This document shows positions 8,926 to 20,100 of a stretch of 28,304 nt of DNA, in pieces. The stretch covers positions 147,181 to 175,484 of the forward strand of contig RQSC01000003.1 in the NCBI GenBank assembly GCA_013416795.1, read 5' to 3'. The notes below the pieces were generated by a model, which worked only from the letters and a program-made list of their open reading frames with translations, searched no databases and had not been told where the DNA came from. A program made the position numbers and the translations under genes. The number at the start of each line of letters is the position of its first letter. Position 1 is the stretch's first letter. This DNA is from Prasinococcaceae sp. CCMP 1430. Lineage: Eukaryota; Plantae; Prasinodermophyta.

Positions 8926-10265
8926 TCACGCGATGGTCTTGACCTTGATGGGGCCGCCCTGCGCGGGCCGGGGCTTCCTGGGCGGTGCCTTGGGCAGAGG
9001 GGGCGGGCCCTTCGGGGGAGGAGGGGGCACCCCAACGACCCTGCGCGAGCTGCGCGTCGGCGGCGGCGGCGGGCTGGCACGGTCGTCGCCGATGTCGCTG
9101 CAGCTGAAGTTCAATGACTTCCGCGCACCGGCTCGGCTGTGGCCAACCGAGGAGATGCGCCGGAGGTGGGCGCCAGAGCGGGCGCCGCGAGCCGCAGACG
9201 CGGGTGGTGTGCCTCCGGTTGGCTTGGGCGCGACAGGTTTGGGCGGCGATGGCGGCGGTTGCCTTGACCTTGAACTCGAGGAGAAGGCTGCAGACGAACA
9301 TGCCGGTGGCGTTGCTGGTCCCTTTGGTGCAGCAGGCTTAGCACTGCTTATGGATGACTCGCGGCGCCTGAGCTTGATGGCCGCCATCAAGTGGTCGTGA
9401 GGGCTGGCCGACATTAGCTGCGGGCGTGCCGCGGAGGTTTTCGGCACCTTGCGCTGCGATAGCGTGCGCAAGGAGGGCGCGAGTCCGAGCAGGGCGCGAG
9501 CGCAGCAGACAGCGCGAGGGCGAAAACGTCCGCGTCAGTGCGCTGCGCGTGAATAGGGCCGCGCGAAGCGTACTGTAGATCGCCCGCGCGAGTCTTCTGT
9601 GCGCGGTATTGTAACGCAGCGCTCGCGGAGGCACGTCGCGCCGCACTCACCAGGTTGGTGCCTTTGCGAATAGCTGCCATGAGGTCTTCGCGCAAGCTTC
9701 CGCCGCCGCCTGGCGCGTTTGGATCCGATGAGGCTTTGGGAGCAGTGGGGGGCACCTTGCGCAAGGACTTGCCCGCGCGGATGGCCGCCATGAGATCGTC
9801 GTGCCCACCGCCCGCGGCATTGGACGGCGGCACCGCCGGAGCGACCTGCACGAGGACGGAGGGCTTGGGCGTCGACGGTTCGGCCGCGTGCTGGAAGCCG
9901 AACGTCTTGACTTCCCGCTGAGACGCGCGCCTCTGCTTTAGCGGGGCCTCGCGGTTGGTGGGTGCTGCCTTGGGCACAGGCAGGGGTGCGGGCATCGGCG
10001 CAAGCGCCACTCGCGTGTACGGCTCGGCTGTCCTGTGGGGCGGCGGCGCCACGGGCGCGGGCTGCATCGGCTCGGCATAGTGAAGCACCGCGGGCGCGTT
10101 CGCCGCGCTGGTGCTCGGCGTGGGAAGTGGTGGCGCCTCCGCGCAGATGCATTCGCGCAGCTCGGCCAGCTCCGCCAGGAACGCGTCGCGCTCGGCGACG
10201 TCGGCGCGCAGCCGCGCCTGGAGTACGTCGTCGTTCGCCAGCCACACCCGCAGCGTCGCCGCCAT
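8926..10265 (-). CDS. Tandem WH2-domain, proline-rich putative actin-binding protein (380 aa; exons 10265-9651 and 9453-8926)
   Basis: gccATG at 10265. N-terminal coiled-coil-like segment. WH2-like repeats DDLMAAIRAGKSLRKV, EDLMAAIRKGTNL|RKV (completed only by splicing) and a degenerate DHLMAAIKLRRR. Poly-Pro C-terminus. Confidence 0.75.
9454..9650 (-). other. Intron (GT-AG, 197 nt, phase 0)
   Basis: Donor GTGAGT at 9650, ACTGAC branch point, acceptor atcgcAG at 9454. Splicing reconstitutes the LRKV of a WH2 motif. Confidence 0.9.
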
Positions 10266-10429
10266 GCCGCCCCCGCTGGCCCGCTCGCCCGCTCGCGGGC
10301 CGACCTCCCACCTTCGCGCGCGGCCGGGGCGCCGTCCGGCGCGCCCGTTCGTTCCCCGCCCGTCGCGCAGCGCGCGCGCTGCCCCTTGGGCTCCGCGCGT
10401 CGCGCTCGCCAGCCCGCTCGAGCCGCGTC

Positions 10430-10790
10430 GACGTAACCCTAACCAGACTGGCAATATTTACGGTTATTCTCTGTCTCGAGGCATGGCATACTGGAACAAG
10501 AGTCTCTGTGTGTCCTGGCCTGTACAGTACCAAGTAGAGTTGCTTTTTAGGGTCTGTTTTGATGTGCAATTCGATGGAAAGTGATGGGAGGGTGCGACCG
10601 GCGCCGCGCGGCGGTGCGGCGGCCGGTGCTCGCCGCGTTCCCGTTCGGGCGCGCGCGCGCCTCCAAGGCGTTTTGACGGGCGTTTTTTTTTTCCCTGACG
10701 AGGACGAGTTTGTTCTGTCTGAGCGTACAGTACGTATGTCCATGGAGGAAGGCGAATTTTGGTGGAAAAACTTTTTTTTTGGCGGCCTCG
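10430..10790. promoter_or_regulatory. AT-rich divergent promoter region (WH2 gene / dynein) with telobox-like motifs and poly(dT) tracts
   Basis: TAACCCTAACC at 10434-10444, TTTTTAGGG at 10544-10552, T-runs at ~10683-10692 and ~10772-10780. Confidence 0.45.
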
Positions 10791-11124
10791 GGCCGGCGCC
10801 ACAGCGCGCGCGCGCCGCGCCGCGCNCGGTGGCGGCGCTCATCGCCCGCGCTCGGCCCGGCGCGTGCGCGCGCGCGGGAGTGGGGCGGAATGGGATATAC
10901 GCGCCCGATCCCGGAGCGCCCCCGCGCCGCGGCGCAGGCCCCGCGATGCGCTCGCGCTCGCGCTGGGATGGCGCCTGCTCGCCTCGCGCGCTCGCGCCAG
11001 CGCATGGCCGCGCACGTGCCCTATTGCATTTCGTCTGCCATGCGCTGCTGCTGACGCACGCCCGTGCGCTGCGCCACCACCCACACACGTGAAACACGCA
11101 CACGCACACGTGCACTCCGCGCAG

Positions 11125-14100
11125 GCTGTAGTCGCCGACGAGGCATGCATCGAGTGGGTGCGTCAGCGCCTGACGTCCGTCGCACCAACCATCCAGGAAG
11201 TGTGGTCGGCGGACACGCACCTCAGCGCCGTGAACGACTTCCTCACAAGCGCGTCGTGCGGGCGGCTATTCGCGTATGTCCGCAGCACCGCCGGTGCGGA
11301 CGACTGCCCGTCCGACGCGGCCGAACCGCCTGCGGACGGCGGCGCCCATGGAGGGAGGCGCGTGCTCACGCTGCAGACCACCGTGCCCCCGGCGTGGGAT
11401 AAGCTGCTGTACATGGTGCGTGACACCAGCAAGCTCGTCACCGCGGACAACATCGGCCAGTGCGTGCACTTCGGCCTCGTCAACGGCGGCACGATGGACA
11501 ACATGCTGCAGATGATGGCCGGCGTCTACGTGCCGGCAGTCATAGGCAACAAGACGTGGCCCGACTCGGTGCGCAAGGAGTTCATGGGACAGCTGCACAA
11601 GTTCATGGCCAATTTGACCGAGGCGGCGTTCGAGGCCAAGGGTCGGACGGTCCTGTACATCCCCAACGAAGAGCTTGGCCGCCCCGACGTCGCGGCCGCC
11701 GAGAAGGACCTAGTGCAGCGCCTGGAAAGCACGCTCATCCACTGGACGCGCCAAATCAAGGAGGTTATCCTCAACCAGGACAACTCAGAGGTCGGCGAGG
11801 AAGCGGGCCCGCTCGCCGAGATCGAGTTCTGGCGCTCGCGCAGCGTCGACCTGAGCGGCATCCGCACGCAGCTCGACGACCCGGGCGTCGCGCGCATCGT
11901 GGGCGTGCTTGAGATCGCCCGATCGAGCTACCTGTCGCCCTTCTCCGACCTGAGCTCCCTCATTCAGCACGAGGCCGCCGCCGCCGAAGACAACCTCAAA
12001 TTCGTGTCAAGACTCGAGGCGCCGTGCCAGGCGCTCAGCAAGGCCGAGCCCGAGGGCATCCCGCTGCTGCTGCCCACGCTGCTGCACTGCATTCGCATGA
12101 TCTGGAACATCAGCGGTTTCTACAACACCCCGGAGCGGCTGACTGGCCTGCTGCGCAAGGTGTCCAACGAGATCATCAATCGCTGCAGCGCGTCCATCTC
12201 GCTGAGCGACATCTTCGACGGCGACCTGGAAAGCGCCATGGGCGCGCTGCGGCAGTCGATCCGCGCCGGCGAGGCGTGGAAGCGTGCCTACCGCTCGACC
12301 ACCGCGGCCATTTCGCGTGCGGGTGAGCGCGCATGGGACTTCGATGTGTCGTCGATCTTCGCGCACATCGACGCTTTCGTGCAGCGCTGCCGCGACATGC
12401 TCGAGGTCTGCGAGGCGCAGACGCAGTTCGCGCCCCGCACGCGGCTGCCCGCCTTCGGTGGCGCGCGCGGCCCTGAGATCTCCAAGTCGCTGCTCGACAT
12501 CCAGGCGAGCTTCCGCCGCCTGGTGGTGTCGCTGCGCTCGCTCGACTACAACATCCTCGACGTCAAGGCAACGCGCTGGCACGACGACTACAACTCCTTT
12601 AAGAGCGGCGTCAAGGATCTCGAGGTGATGATGCAGCGCGTCATCGCGCTGGCGTTCGAGTCGGTGTCGGACCTCTTCGTCAAGGTGGAGCTGCTCGAGG
12701 CCTTCCAGGCGATGGCCAAGCGCGAGTCCATCTCGCGAGCCGTCGAGAAGAAGACAGCCGAGGTGTACGCCGCCTTCATCGCGGAGCTCAACGCCACACG
12801 CAAGCACTTCGACTCGCATCGGCGCTCGCCGCCGGTTGACCCGGCGTTCCCGCGCCACAGTGGCGCCGCGCTGTGGGCGCTCGGCCTACAGCGCCGCATC
12901 GATAAGCCCATGGCGCGCCTCGAGAAGGCCGTGCCGTACTTGCCGCATGCAGGCGAGGCGGACGAGCTGCGCGCGGTGCACGAGGGCCTCAGCTCGGCCA
13001 TCGAGATGTTCATCAAGGACCAGAACCACAACCAGTGGTTCAACTCGCTCGACGCCTCGCTGTCGCTCAAGCTGGACAACACACTCATCGCCATGGGTGA
13101 CGACGGCCTCCTGCGCGTCAACTTCGACAAGCAGGTGCTCAGCATGTTCGCCGAGGTGCGCTACTGGGAGCGTTTGAACATGGAGATCCCGTACGTGGCG
13201 ATGGAGATCAGCTCGCAGCGCGAAAAGTTCCGCGTGCTCTGCGAGAACGTCAAGCTGGTCGTGCGCGACTACAACCGCGTCGTCACGAGCCTCGACGCCA
13301 GCGAGAGGAGGCTCTTCGCCAACCGCATCCACCACCTGGACCGCCGCATAGCTCCGGGCATCCACAAGCTGCAGTGGACCTCCCCCAAGCACACACTTGA
13401 CTACTACGTGCGTGAGGCGCGCAAGTACGCCGGCGAGGCGTACAGGATCGTCCTCGAATGGCAGGCTGTAAACGCGCGCATCGCCGCCAACGCTCGCCTC
13501 ATCGCCGAGACGAGCCTGATCTCGATCGAAAAGAAGCGCGTCTACGAGCAGTTTGAATTTGAGGAGCGCCAGCGCGAGCACCGCGAGCTCGTGCGCGCGC
13601 GCTTCGAGAAAGCCCACTCCGAGATTCAGGCCACGCTCGAGGACATGTACCAGACCTTCGCCCAGGACTCGCAGGACGTTCAGGAGGCCTGGCACGCCTA
13701 CACCTCCGTCGTGGACAAGCGCTTACTCGCAGCGCTGCGCACCGCGGTGAAGCGCTCGCTGCTGGAGCTCTCGCGCGCGCTCACCGGCGACGGCAAGACC
13801 GAGGTGACGTCCATCTTCACCGTGAGCGTGGTCCTCAACCCCCAGAAATGCTGCGTGGAGCTCAAGCCGAGCGTGCAGGATCTGTTCAACATGATCCACA
13901 ACGTGAGCCGCGAGCTGGTGAGTGTGCTCAAGGCGGTGCCGCGCATCGCTGAGCCCACGCGGCTTGGGGGGGAGGAATACGAGCCGCCGGCGTTGCCCAC
14001 TTTCTTCGACATCATCAGCACCGATGACGACACGACCCTCAAGACGATCGTGTCGATCACCACGGGCATCACGAAGATCGTCGACAAGGTGCAGCAGTTC

Positions 14101-17100
14101 ACGTTCTACTGGAGCTCCAAGTACAAGCACATCTACGACCAGGACAAGGACGCGCACATGCGCCGCTACGAGGAGGCCAAGAAGCCGCTCGCGTCCTTCG
14201 ACAGCGACATCGTCAAGTACAGGGACCTGCAGGACAAGGTTCAGGGTGAGGACACGAGCATCAACATGAGCTTCCTGCACCTCGACTCCGCGCCGCTCAA
14301 GCAGGCGCTGGTGGCGCACTGCGAGGAGTGGGCCGGCCGCTTCCTCAAGCTGCTCAACGCTTTGGCCGCCGACGAGCTGCGTGCCATCCACTCGCACTTC
14401 AGCAGCACCACCGAGGAGCTGCGCCGCCCTGTGGTCAACTTGGATATGCTCGCGGACAGCGTGGCGCTCCTCAAGCGCACGGTCGCCGACGCGCCCCACA
14501 TGGAGGCGCGCTTTGAGCCGCTCGAGGAGAAGTACCGCGTGCTAGAGAAGTTTGACCACGACGTGGGCGAGCAGGAGCAGGCCCTGCGCGAGTCCCTGCA
14601 ACCTTCGTACGCGGCATTCTGCGCGATGCTGCAGGAGACCGAGCTCGACCTCGAGCGCGCCAAGGAGCAGTTTCGCGAGCAGCTGCAGAAGATGGTGGCC
14701 GAATTCACGCGCAGAGTCGCTGAGCAGCGCGAGCTCTTCTCGCAGGAGGCGCCCTTTACGGTGGAGGGCTTCACGCACCCCCAGGCTGTCGAGTACATCG
14801 AGGGCGCGCGCGAGGAGGTGGCCTCCAACCGCAAGAGAGAGGCGGAGCTCGCCAAGGGTCTCGAGATCTTCACAATGGCGCCGCCGCCGTACAAGGAGCT
14901 CGACGACACCGAGCGCGACCTCGCGCTGCTCGAGGGCGTGTGGGCCATCATCGACGAGTGGCAGCGCCGCTTCGACGGCTGGAAGGACGGCAAGTTCCGC
15001 GAGCTCGAGGTTTCGGCCATGGAGGAGGAGGCCGTGCGCGTCAACAAGAAGATCGCTAAGATCGGCCGCGAGATCCGCCAGTGGCCCGTGTGGCAGCACA
15101 TCCGCGCGACGGTCGACTCGTTCAAGTTGACCATGCCGCTCATCACTGACCTGCGCAACGAGGCCATGCGCCCCCGCCACTGGGAGCAGCTCATGGAGCT
15201 CATCGGCGAGCGCTTCGACCCCCAGGGCGACGACTTCACGCTTGGGCGCGTGTCGGAGTTCCGCCTGGACACCTTCGCCGACAAGATCGGCGAGCTCTCG
15301 AGCAACGCCAGCAAGGAGCTGCAAATCGAGGTGGCCTTGGAGAAGATCGACGAGAAGTGGCAGGTGAACGAGCTCGACATGGTACCGCACAAGGAGGGCG
15401 TGCCCGACGTGTACAGATTGCGCTCGGCTGAGGACGTCTTCAACGACCTCGAGGAGAACATCGTGGCGCTCTCCACCATGAAGAGCAGCCGCTTCTTTTT
15501 GTCGTTCGAGGATGACATTACGAAGTGGGAGCGGGCGCTCTCGCTGGTCAGCGAGATGATCGAGATCATCCTGCAGGTTCAGAGGAATTGGATGTACCTC
15601 GAGAACATCTTCGTGGGCTCCGAGGACATCCGCAAGCAGCTGCCGGCCGAGTCCAACATGTTCGACTTCGTCGACACGACCTTCAAGCGCTCCATGCTTG
15701 CCATGTTCGAGGCGAAGAACGTGCTCAAGGCCACGCACCTGCCCAAGATGCTCGACACCTTCCAGGACATGGACGCAAAGCTCGAGCGCATCCAGAAGTC
15801 GCTCGACGCCTACCTCGAGAAGAAGCGCCAGCAGTTCCCGCGCTTCTACTTTCTGTCCAGCGACGACCTGCTCGAGATCCTGGGCCAGGCCAAGGATCCG
15901 CTGAACGTGCAGCCTCACTTCAAGAAATGCTTCGAGGGAATCAAGAAGCTGGACATGCACGCGCCGGCGCTGGCCGAGGGGCGCCGCCACTTCGAGGCGA
16001 GCGCCATGACGAGCCCCGACGGCGAGACGCTGCCCTTCGCCGACGCCGTGAAGACCGAGGGCAGGCCTGAGGATTGGCTGAACGATGTGGAGGCCACGAT
16101 GTACGCCACCACCAAGCACTTTCTGCTTCGGACCATCGAGGAGGCCAAGGGCATGAAGAAGGATCGCTGGGTGAAGGAGTTCCCCGGGCAGTGCATCATC
16201 TCCGCCGGTCAGGTGCTGTGGACGGCCGACTGCGAGCGCGCGCTCTCCGATGCCGAGACGAGCAAGGCCGCGCTCAAGCTGCTCAAGAAGAAGTGGGTGA
16301 ACTACCTCAACAAGTTGACGGCTATCACGCGCAGCAAGCTCAACAAGGTCGAGCGCAAGAAGACCGTCGCGCTCATCACCATCGAGGTGCACGCGCGTGA
16401 CGTCATCGAGAAGCTCGTCAAGGCCGGCTGCTCGAGCGACTCGGCATTCGAGTGGGTGTCCCAGCTGCGCTTCTACTGGGACCGCGAGATCAACGACTGC
16501 GTCGTCAAGCAGGTGCTGAGCATTTTCAAGTACGGCTACGAGTACCAGGGCAACAACGGCCGTCTCGTCATCACGCCGCTTACTGACCGCTGCTACATGA
16601 CGCTGGGCGCGGCCATGTTCACGCGCCGTGGCGGCAACCCGCTCGGGCCCGCGGGTACCGGAAAGACAGAGACCGTCAAGGCGAGTTCAGCCCGAGCGCA
16701 CTCCGCTGCCACGCGCGCACGGGCACATACATACACACACACACACAAACGTACGCACACGCGCTGACGCACGCGCGGCACACACACACACACACAGGAC
16801 TTCGGCAAGGCGCTGGCACGCTACGTGGTGCGTTCCGCGCGCGCGCGCGCGCGCGCGCGCTGGGTGCTACGTTTCGCGGGGCGCCACAGCACGCGAGACG
16901 CCGCAGCACGCGAGATGCCGAGTCCTCCAAACCTCGCGCGACTGACCCCGCGTGCCTACACTGCATCAAAACTCGCAGATCGTCTTTAACTGCTCGGATG
17001 GCGTCGACTACAAGATGACCGCCAAGATGTTCAGCGGGCTTGCACAGACGGGGGCGTGGTCGTGTCTCGACGAGTTCAACCGCATCGAGGTGGAGGTCCT

Positions 17101-20100
17101 CAGCGTCGTCGCCACGCAGATCTCGGTGGTGATGTCGGCCATCAAGGCGGGCAAGAGCCGCTTCATCTTCGAGGGCGAGGACATCCGGCTCATTCCGTCC
17201 TGTGGAATTTTTGTGACCATGAACCCCGGCTACGCCGGGCGCTCGGAGCTCCCCGACAACCTCAAGGCGCTGGTGCGCCCCGTGTCGATGATGGTTCCCG
17301 ACTTCACGCTCATCGCCGAGATCATGCTCTTCTCGGAGGGTTTCCAGACGGCGAAGCCGCTCTCCAAGAAGATGATCTCCATCATGGAACTCTCGCCGCA
17401 GCAGCTGTCCAAGCAGGACCACTACGACTACGGCCTGCGCTCGTTCGTCATCCCGATCGCGCGCGCGGCCGGCGCGCTCAAGCGCGCCGACCCCGACGTG
17501 GCCGAGGACTTCATTATGTACCGCACAATGCTCGATCTCATCAAACCCAAGCTGGTGTACGCCGACCTCCCGCTGTTCCAGGCGCTGCTCTCCGACCTCT
17601 TCCCGGGGCTCGAGCTCAACGACGCGGGCAGTGCCGAGCTGCGCGCGGAGCTGGAGGCCCAAGTCAGGGCCGCCGGCCTGCAGATCGTGCCGGACTGGAT
17701 CACCAAGATGGTGCAGATCTTCGACTGCAAGGTGGCGCGGCACGGCAACATGATCGTCGGCAAGACGGGCGCGGGCAAGTCCGAGGCGTGGAAGTGCCTC
17801 ACGCGCGCTATGGCCGAGCTTAAGAAGCGAGGCGCGCAGGGCGAATACGAGCGCGTGACAGTGCACACCATCAACCCGCTATCGCTCTCCAACGACGAGC
17901 TGTACGGCTCGTTCGACGCCGCGACGCACGAGTGGTCCGACGGCGTGCTCGCCAAGCTCATGCGCACCATCTGCCGCGACGAGGGGCTCGACCAGAAGTG
18001 GGTGCTCTTCGACGGCCCCGTCGACACCCTGTGGATCGAGTCGATGAACACGCTGCTGGACGACAACAAGCTGCTGACGCTTCTCAGTGGCGAGCGGATC
18101 TCCATGCCAGCGCAGGTCTCGCTGCTCTTCGAGGTGGAGGACCTCTCAGTGGCCTCGCCCGCGACGGTCTCCCGCGCGGGCATGATCTACATGAATACCG
18201 AGGACCTGGGCTGGCAGCCCTTCGTCACCAGCTGGCTTGAAAGGAAGACCGACGCGGCCATGGTGCAGACGCTGCGCCGCATGGTCGACAAGTATGTGGG
18301 CGCCACGCTCGAGTTCAAGCGGCTCAACTGCGCCGAGAGCGTGCCCGTCGACCAGCTATCGTCGGTGCGCTACACGTGCGCGCTGTTCGACTCGCTGGCG
18401 ACCGCCGAGAACGGCGTCGACCCGTCCGAGGGCGACGAGCGCCTCCCCCTCGTAGAGATGTGGTTCCTCTACGCGCTGATTTGGGCGATGGGCGGCACGG
18501 TCGACGAGGAGGGGCGCAAGAAATTCGACATGTTCTTGCGCGAGCTCGACGCGCGCTACCCGAGCCAGGACACCGTGTTCGAGTACTACGTCGACCCCAA
18601 GAAGAAGGTGTGGACGCCTTGGGAAGAGAAGCTGGGCGCGGCCTACCGCCCGGCCCCCGACACGCCCTTTTTCAAGATGGTGGTGCCGACGGTCGACACG
18701 CTGCGCACGCGCGCCGTGCTGGACGCCTACGTGCGCGTCGGCCGCCACGCGCTGCTGACGGGGAACGTCGGCGTGGGAAAGACGCTCGTGATTGAGGGCC
18801 TGCTCGCGGCGCTGCCGAGCTCCAAGTCGAGCGTGACCATCAATTTCTCCGCGCAGACGGGCGCCAAGTCACTGCAGGAGACCATCGAGGGCAACCTGGA
18901 GAAGCGGACGAAGGGCGTCTTCGCGCCAGTGGGTGGCAAGAAGCTCGCCGTGTTTTGCGACGACCTGAATATGCCCGCAAAGAGCGTCTTCGGATTCATG
19001 CCGCCGCTCGAGCTCCTCAAGCTGTGGATGGACAACGGCTTCTGGTACGACCGGCAGCGCCAGGAGGTGAAACACGTCAAGGACATGCAGCTGCTGGGCG
19101 CCATGGCGCCGCCCGGCGGCGGCCGCAACGCCTTCTCGCAGCGCATCCTGTCCTGCTTCGGCGTGCTCAACATGACGGCGCCGAGCGACGCGCAGGTGCG
19201 CCGCATCTTCGGTGCGCTGCTCAGCAGCCGGCTCAGCGACTTCGACGACGAGATTAAGCCGCTCTCCGAACCCATCGCCGCGGCCACCACCGAGATCTAT
19301 AACGCGGCGCTCGAGCACCTCCTGCCCACGCCGTCCAAGTGCACGTACCTCTTCAACCTGCGCGACGTGGGCAAGATCGTGCAGGGCGTCCTGCAGGCGA
19401 GCCGGTCCTACTACGACAGCCGCGAGTCGCTGCTGCAGCTGTGGTGCCACGAGACGCAGCGTGTCCTGTCGGACCGCATGTGGTCGTCGGACGACAAGAC
19501 GTGGCTAGTGTCGCAGATCGACAAGCGGCTGAACGAGGACATGTCGACGAGCTGGGGGGCGCTCTTCGACCGCGGCGAGGTGCCGCCTTTCGTGAGCTTC
19601 ATGCGCGAGGTGGAGTCGCCGCCGTACGAGGCCGTTAACGACATGAACGCGCTCAAGGACCTGCTCACCGAGAAGCTGGAGGACTACAACCTCGAGCCCG
19701 GCACCAGCGCGATGGACCTTGTGCTCTTCCGCGACGCCATGCACCACCTGTGCCGCATCCACCGCGTACTGTGCCTCCCGCGCGGGAACGCGCTGCTCGT
19801 GGGCATTGGCGGGTCGGGCCGAAAGTCGATGGCGCGCCTGGCGGCGTACGTGGCCGAGCTCAAGGTGTTCTCCATCGAGATCACCAAGAATTACCGCCTG
19901 CAAGAGTTCTACGAGGACCTCAAGATGCTCTTTAAGCAGGCGGGGGCCTCAAACAAGCCCACCGTCTTCCTCTTCGACGACCAGCAGATCGTGCACGAGA
20001 CCTTCCTGGAGGCGATCAACAACATCCTCACCAGCGGCATCGTGCCGAACATCTTCCCCAAGGACGAGCTGTCACCCATCCTCGATGAGTGCCGCGCGGA

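Noticed and set aside
10759-11124. N-terminal extension of the 2002-aa dynein ORF
   Set aside because: Begins at a GTG, crosses an N and includes intron-like sequence (CTGAC at ~11052, CA-rich, acceptor at 11124). Similarity starts at about AVVADEACIEWVR.
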